A DNA stretch of 63,701 nt, counting the filler. It is 10 parts of 10 records of this genome, joined end to end, with 100 filler letters (N's around TTAATTAATTAA, not from the genome) between each part and the next. Parts side by side here need not be neighbours in the genome. Positions count along the whole stretch, not along the records: positions 52,633 to 58,542 come from SRR31147125_149764; positions 58,643 to 63,701 come from SRR31147125_151224; 8 more parts are not named here. The stretch is one strand, 5' to 3'. The notes below the pieces were generated by a model, which saw only the letters and a program-made list of their open reading frames with translations, did no database searches and was not told the origin of the DNA. Each line of letters opens with the position of its first letter. Position 1 is the stretch's first letter. A program made the translations under genes and the position numbers. Positions 56,425 to 63,701 of the stretch are shown piece after piece.

Positions 56425-58542
56425 TCATCTGCTGTGTCCTGTACGCATAATGTCTTGGAGGGTTCGATAGGCTTGGTTCTTGATAGCAGCATGGCATGCG
56501 GCCACAACACGGGCGGAAGCGGCACCAACTCTCAGATTCGCAGCCAGCTGAATCATCAGATTGAGACTCTTCAAGGATGTCGCCAGGTTCTCCTGATTCG
56601 TGGTGCGCTTGGCGTGTTCCATAGCCATTTGCCGATTCAGTCCGTGTAATTGACTGTAGAAGGAACGCATGCGGGCCCTATCCCAACCCAAACAACACCA
56701 AGTGAATGAACATACAACACTCTCTGTCAGTATGCGTACATGTCGCCCAACAGTCGAGCATCTTCCGCCCGAACGATCAGATCCTTCACTGCATTCGAAT
56801 GATCCGCAACCTCAGCAGCCATAGACTGTTGATGGTGAGTACATGCTTCCACCCTGTAACACCGATAAGATGGACCCCGCTACCCCCGCCTTCGACGCCG
56901 TACGTTTCAAGAAGTTGGCTGAGACGTGCATACTCTCGAGGAAATTCAGCGACGGATTCCATTTCGTCCACGGCGAGGAAGTGGCACAAATCCTGTAGAA
57001 CCACTCCTGCGAGCTCCATGTCCTCTGTTTGAATGATCACTTGAGTTGGCTGGTGTACACGGTCGGTTGGTCACGATTGGCATCATCATCATCGTCATCA
57101 CCCCCACCTCTTTGTATGTAATACGTAGCACACTTCCCCTTCGAACAAAGGAAGCACTTACGGGCAAGCTAACACCTGCATCATGGTGAAACGCAGATGC
57201 GAGCCACGCACGGAACCTGTGCCACAAAACGGCATGAGGATCCCCGTTGGGAAGGCACACAATACCTTTCAGGACGCTCTGCAAGGTTACACGCGACATA
57301 GGAAGTGGGTGCTGGTGAAATTCCTGCCTCGGGAACCAACATAGCGAACTTGGCTACCTTGTGAACAACTTCAAAGACATGATAAACCGAACTGATCCCA
57401 GGTGAGGGATGAATGAAGGCAAAGGGTACCGCGGTCGCACCTCTTCGCAACACTAACGAGGGCCTTGACAAAAAGCGTTGCCCCTGCGGGGTTGTGGTTC
57501 CCCAGTAGACGCACAACGACACGTTGAGAAGGATTTTTGGGATGGCTACAAGGCCAATCAGCTTATCCACGCGCTCGGTTCACACGCACCCAAACACACT
57601 CTCGCCGTCAAATACATGATCACCCAGAACGATCACAGCTCGAATCACTGTTTCGTTGTTTGTTGTTACCACGAGATCCATGTTTGAGGACTGATCGCGG
57701 CAATCCATAAGAAGAAAAGGAAGAAGAAAAAGGGAATACACACATCTGCATTGGGTTGAAGAGAAACGGAAATCTCTGTGTTCGGTGGAGGAAGAAGCGA
57801 TCCACTTCCCCCTTCGTGTAGTTGTTCATAGCTCTTAAGTTCGTACAACAAGTCCTGGAGACACAATGGTCATTGTAGAGGTGAGTGTACGAACATCACA
57901 CCTGCTTGGCATCGTGAAGTTGTCTCACGGCTTCTTCATCCACAGTGTCAGAAGTGGTTGTGGTCGTGGATGAAGTCGTGGGCACAAATCCTCTTACTAT
58001 CTCCATCGGTGGGCCCCAGATCCATCCGTACACACAACACGCACCATTTCCATCCACAGTCACACATACTAGCTCTGCTATCCCTGTCATAAGGTAATCC
58101 ACAACGAGAAGTCCCGCAACAGCACTTCCAACATTCGTGCGAAACACAACATCCCCTGTTTCCATGCGCCGTACTTCCACGAGTCCTGTGTGCACGATAC
58201 GGTGAGAATCACACACACACGCGCCAGAGCAATCGAACCACTCGCATAACCCGATACAACCTCTGGCACTCCGTCACCATCCACATCGAACCTGATACAA
58301 CAGGAAGTCATCGATCAATGGGAACAGACACAAACGACAAAAACACACGTTGTGATGGCCGTAACAGGCGTCCGGGACTTGGAGCGCCATACTCGCACAA
58401 GACGATCATACACACCAACCGTTCCATCAGCCAGAGCATAGACAAAATGTGTATTGCCTGCTGCCACAAGCCCCACAATACAAGCAGCCTCCGACAGCTG
58501 TAAGAAGATCACCTGTGATACAAGAAGTCACAAGGATCCATT
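56425..58542 (-). CDS. BBS2: Bardet-Biedl syndrome 2 (BBSome) protein, multi-exon, 5' truncated
   Basis: FVYALADGTVGVY..RVWRSKS, FDVDGDGVPEVVSGY, LLYELKSYE, TEDMELAGVVLQDL, SVAEFP, LKSLNLMIQLAANLRVG...CHAAIK. Confidence 0.9.
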
Positions 58543-58642
58543 NNNNNNNNNNNNNNNNNNNNNNNNNNNNNNNNNNNNNNNNNNNNTTAATTAATTAANN
58601 NNNNNNNNNNNNNNNNNNNNNNNNNNNNNNNNNNNNNNNNNN

Positions 58643-59032
58643 CACATACATACATACATACATACATACCCATAGAACGACGCAATGTGAAGACCAGACC
58701 AACCAAACTGCGTTGCAAGGCAGAGTCGGCGTGGACCATGCTCCTGTGCTACACCCTTCAACGTACCGTGTTGGTGCGGTCGATACGCGCTCCACGATTG
58801 AGGAGATACGTTAGAAGAGCGACGTGGCCATGCCGAGCACACACGTGAAGGGCTGTCCATCCCAACTCATTAAGAACCTGTTGTAGGAGTGTTCGTGTCG
58901 GCAGACAGACGTGGTGGGTGAAGAACGCCGGAGAACCTCATCCACGTCCAGCTTGAAGTTGGCAAACGTTAGCTTTGCATCACGAACACTGCCGGACAAG
59001 GCAGCACGGTGAAGCCAGTCTCGACCCTCCAT
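58643..59032 (-). CDS. Ankyrin-repeat protein, multi-exon, 3' truncated
   Basis: LHRAALSG, ELGWTALHVC, FGWSGLHIASFYG. Confidence 0.7.
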
Positions 59033-59109
59033 CAACTATCAAAGAGAGCAGAATGTGTATGGATCACTGTACAGGCAAATCAATCATGATACATCCACCC
59101 ATTCTCATC

Positions 59110-62100
59110 TCACGAGGGTGGTGATAATTCAAACATATGCACAACTCCAGATTGTCCTCCTGCCACGACAAGAGGCAAGGAACCTTCACCACATACACCC
59201 ACTGCAGCATTCGAAAAGTCTCCATGGATTGAAAGCGTGGACAGAATGGTTCGTGATTCATCCCCCGATTGGTCAACAAGAAGCATGAGCTCGCTATTGG
59301 CAGTCCCCACCAGAACACGATGCATCCCATTCACAAGAGACAGAGACCGAACAGCACTTCCTACTTGAAAGAGGGCAATCTGTTGACGCATGGCCAAATT
59401 CCAGTAGCGCACAGTCATGTCCGCGGAGCCCGAAACAAGATGCGTACAATCCGCTGTGATCGCAACGGCAATCACACGATCGGTATGTCCGCGAAGAACC
59501 ACAATATCACGAGTACTCAGCAACGCTTCGTGATCACCCTTTCCACGACTCAGAAGTTCCCAAACGCGCACGGTGGTGTCCGAGGATCCTGAGACAATAT
59601 AGACGAACTCCTTGCCCGTGTCGTCGTCCGTCTCAGGAGAAGAAACTCCCCTCCGGTCGGCCTTGAGACGCCAGGCCATGTGCATGAAGCATATACTCCA
59701 CACAGCACCCTCGTGACCTTCAAGAGTGCACAACTCCTTTCCACTGATGAATTCGTGCACCTTGATCGCGCGTGATCCCGAGGCACTCGCCAGCCACTTC
59801 TGATCGTCACTGACACATACGGAAAGAACAGCATCGGTGTGCCCCTCAAGAGTTCGGACCTCCACCCCAGTGAATGCCTGAAAGATTTTCACGGATCGAT
59901 CTGCAGAGGCAGAGATCACAAACAAGCCATCGGGACTCACTGTAACATCCATCACGAGCCGTTTGTGGGTCTCCATTATGGATACAACACGACCAGAGAT
60001 TGCATCCCACACACGCAAGGTATTGTCACATCCACCTGACACAACATTGCGACAATTGGGAAACACGGCAACGCATTGAACAGGAGAACCGTGTCCCACA
60101 ACGTCTCGTGCCACCGTGCCACGACGAAGCCTCCAGATTCTCAGGGTGTTGTCTTGTCCTCCCGATACAATTCGACCGGACGCCGTGCAATCAACACAAA
60201 GCACCTTGCTACAGTGACCAACGAACGTGAGAGGTTCATCTCCGCTTCCACCGTGTCGTTCGCGATCTCCTCGTCGCCCTTGAAGCAAATCACCCACATT
60301 CCATGCTTTCACGGTTTGGTCATCCGAGGCAGTGATGGCGTAGGATCCGTCGCGCATGACACACAAGGACTGAATGCGACGTTTGTGGCGGCCATTGTAG
60401 AAGGTGTGCGTGATGACACCCTCCTTGAGACTAAGCGCCTTGATGGAACCATCCCACATGCCTATGAGCACGTGAAGCTGATCAGGTGTCACAGCAAGCC
60501 CGCGTCCCCATCCGCCGCCAAGCAGGATCCGACGCCCATACAACCCTTCCATGCTCCAGATCACCAAGCAGTTGTCTTGGGCCGAGGAGATCAAGTAGTG
60601 ACCGTCGGGTGTGAAGCACAATCCCCACACGGCTCCATTGTGACAACCCTCCAACGTTAGAAGTTGGGTTTTTGACAGGAGCATATATATGCGAATCTTT
60701 GTGTCGCGTGATCCAGCAGCTACACGCGTTGCCGCACGATCGGTATGGCTCACCGCTACGGAGAGAACGGCGAAATTTTCACGAGTGACAGATTCAGATT
60801 CGATTTCGGATTCGAATTCAGGATCGGGTCCGTAGGCGAAGGTATGGTCGAGTTGGGCTGTGCGAGCTGTCCACACTTTCATCGTTGCATCTGCAGAACC
60901 ACTCACAAGGAATACACCGTCCGAACTTATGGCAAGAGACTCAACCGCTGCCGTGTGGCGCCGGACTCTTCGCCATAGTTCGTGGCCACTTGCTGTGTCC
61001 CATGCAATAAGCGCCCCATCAAAAAACCCTGCGTAGACGACCACCCCGGATGGAGAGAGGACAAGCGATGTTACGGCACTGGAATGTCCATGGATTGTGT
61101 GAAGAAGAGAGGGGTCGTCTGTCAGGATACTGGGACGCAAGGGGCGCAAGAAGGCGGAAGACGGCTCACACATGATAGTTTCCCATCCACGACCCATCGG
61201 ATACGGTCGTAGCAGAAGTTGGGTTGCCAATTCCGTTACGGTGCACGGTGTATCCCCCAGAATCTTGCCAATGTTCCGCAAGGTGGTGGCGAGCATTTCC
61301 ACGTCTAATTCTCCAGTCATATCACTTGCGAACGCCAGATCCCGTAGCACATACGGCAGGCCAAACCCTTCCACCTTCGTAGACAACCATTTCCACTCAA
61401 AGAAGAGATCGCGGAGAACGTCCTTCTTTGTCTGACCTGCACAGCGCAGATGCCACGGAAAGTGTTCCAAGGTATAGAGAGAAATGCAATAGGACGAAGA
61501 ACACTCGGAATCGATGAAACGGAGGAGCTCGTCACGACCAAAACGCACCAATGAGGTGTGACCCGTATGCACAGAGATACCAAACGGTTTTGAAGACCTG
61601 ATCCACTCGAGAAATGTGTTGGAGGAAAGAGAAAAGACATCTTGTGTGTCCTTCCAGGGGTGCACATAAGGTTGCAGTCGCGTACACGCATCACGCAATA
61701 GTGGGGGCTCAACGTCCAGTGCATGAGCAATGTACTGCAGGGGAAGAGGTTCGGCGGCCGCCGCCAAGACTTCAAGGAGTCCTTGATCAACAGAAGCAAG
61801 AGAGCCAGATCCATCCGTCTTCACGTGCCGCGATAAGGACCAGTGGAAGAGTTCGGGTACAGTTAGGGGCAAAGAAAAAAACTCCTTCTTCCCTGCCGTT
61901 TGCAGAGCTTCCGTAGCATACAAGAAGTTCTTCGTCCCGGCAAGGTGCTTGGCAATGACACCTCTCTCTCCTTCCCGAATCCCTTGTTCTCTCAACCGCC
62001 GCCTAACAACGTTCGTGATATCTTCTTGAAGAGAAGCACCCTGTGCAATTCATTAGAGCAGTGCCACAACACCCCTTCTATCGTGCGCCTCACAGTATTA

Positions 62101-63701
62101 ACAGAGATATTCACCACGTTGAGCATTTCCGACCACTTCTCTGCATCTTCATCGGTGACAGATACGACGACACACATCCACGGGGGAAGTTGACTCGCAC
62201 ACATCATCAGAATATCTCCAATGCCAACGCCACCGGGTTCCACATTCGATGTCAGGGGAAGATCGACGACAATCACGAGAGAATCGCATCCTACGGACCC
62301 CCTTGTGCCCCATGTGCTCGGAGGACCCAGATAGGCCAATTCGCACAGTGGTTCCACAATGCCGCGTGCAAAGGAACCTCCTGGATCCAGCTGGCAGTTG
62401 ATTTCGCTTAACGCCCTTCCGACATCCAGACGATTCACAACGTCGCGAATGACACCCCAGGCCCGTGTCAACGTATTCTCAGCCTCAACGTGTCGGTGTG
62501 CTGCGTGTAATGCACGACCAAGACGAACAAGTACGTCGGCAAGGTTGAGATGACGTGCGCCGGGCTCTGATTCTAGCCGTACCAAGTCGTATTGTAACGC
62601 AACAACACTCTCATCATCAAGCGCTTCCCTCTCTTCAAGCATTGCCCGTAACAAGATGACATCACCCTGTACGAGGGCAGAAAAGGCCTCCAGCCGCATG
62701 GCAATCATAGAAGCAATGCTGCGAACAAACAGGGCAGGGTCGAGCGTTCGTCGCACTCTCTCATCACAGAAATGATAAGCCACAATGGCAGGTACGTGGG
62801 GTACACCATTGCGACTTTGGAACTCAATTGAGCTAGCAGGGATGTTTTGCCCGTGCCCACACCCCCTTTGACCAGAGCGACCGCAACCATCTCATCAGAA
62901 GTGGCAAATCGTACACACTCCACCAGTGACTCGCGTTTCTCGTAGGGTGAATCAGTCGTACTCGTGAGGATCCACTCAAAGGACTGGGGCTGGTGCAGCG
63001 GAGGATGGATCGCTCGGAGGCCATCAAGGAAACACCGAAGGACCGGAGACGGTGCCTCCTGATCCAACAGTTGTTGGCCTGACAGGCCCGCCCAGTGTGC
63101 CTTGGCTGCCTGCTCCTCTAGGCCCACTTTGCGAAGGCACAAGGCAACTTCCTGAGGCGTCCAATCGGACACGTCGTTGGCGTCCTTGTGAGGACCAAAC
63201 GTCAGCAAACAACAAAGACACAAGACATATGGAACGCACCGCGCTGAAATACAAGCGCACAAGGAACGGGTCGGAGGCAGAGGAGAGAGACGGCAGGTGG
63301 TGGAGGTCGAGTCCCGAGAGGCGTGCAAGGGCCACCAACACGTCAAAACGGTGGAGGGGTGGCTCAAGCAGTACCCGCACGACATCCTCAACGGTGGCAT
63401 CGAACAGCCCCAACAATACACCCACAAGCTCCTTGCGTGCGTGGCCCTCTGCCTCCGAGATGTGGAACGTCCCTGTGCCACGGTCCAATCCTAACGCCAA
63501 GCTACGCCAGTCTCGACCTGGGAGGTCGGGAATGAGGTAGCGGGAGAGACAGTGGTAGTGGGCCCTGGTGAATGTGGAGAATGTTGCTGACAAACATGTG
63601 GACAATGGCCTCGGAGTCTGTGTGTACAGTGACAGTGTGTCACACACGAGGTCATGGTGGGGGTGGGGGTGGAGGTGGGTGACACGCACCAGACCACTCC
63701 A
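59110..63701 (-). CDS. Death-like domain - SAM - NACHT/STAND NTPase - helical domain - WD40 repeats; 5' truncated. Introns 63618-63689, 63185-63239, 62041-62093; apparent 1-nt indel near 62828
   Basis: GRDWRSLALGL...ATVEDVVRVL...RFDV; DWTPQEVALCL..VGL...LSGQQLL; GGVGTGKT, AYHFC, LVIVVD, NFLYA; YTLEHFPWHL; many GH...WD-type repeats. Confidence 0.85.

Noticed and set aside
6392-58642. Recurrent TTAATTAATTAA motif and apparent eukaryote-bacterium juxtaposition (HGT)
   Set aside because: Artificial linkers between unrelated contigs; adjacency carries no biological meaning

Overview
This window is not one genome. It is 10 unrelated metagenomic contigs joined by nine 100-nt N-padded TTAATTAATTAA linkers, so nothing should be inferred across linkers. 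Six contigs are bacterial and look like anaerobes: (6492-12374) Clostridia-like pyrC-pyrF-carA-carB; (12475-18158) a low-GC surface-polysaccharide cluster; (18259-23935) a yhaO/yhaN-like nuclease-ATPase pair next to a tRNA-Cys-derived att site and a phage DUF5131 gene; (24036-29907) a metal-uptake region with repeated DtxR-type boxes; (30008-36929) a sulfate-reducer-like locus with a UGA/SECIS selenoprotein Fe-S oxidoreductase, two OrpR-like sigma54 activators and NifB/NifX-Mrp genes; (37030-44917) E2/E3 dehydrogenase genes plus a glucitol-family PTS with a split, order-swapped srlE. Four contigs are from gene-dense eukaryote(s) with short GT-AG introns, possibly one flagellated protist. They encode an ARM-repeat/VPS9 protein, a Ser/Thr kinase-AAA-GAF-His kinase-REC hybrid, BBS2, a complete six-exon selenoprotein F gene with in-frame UGA and 3'UTR SECIS (missed by the ORF track), and a Death-like-SAM-NACHT-WD40 protein. 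Many bacterial frameshifts lie in homopolymer runs and are probably sequencing errors. All domain calls are by motif recognition; no database search was run.
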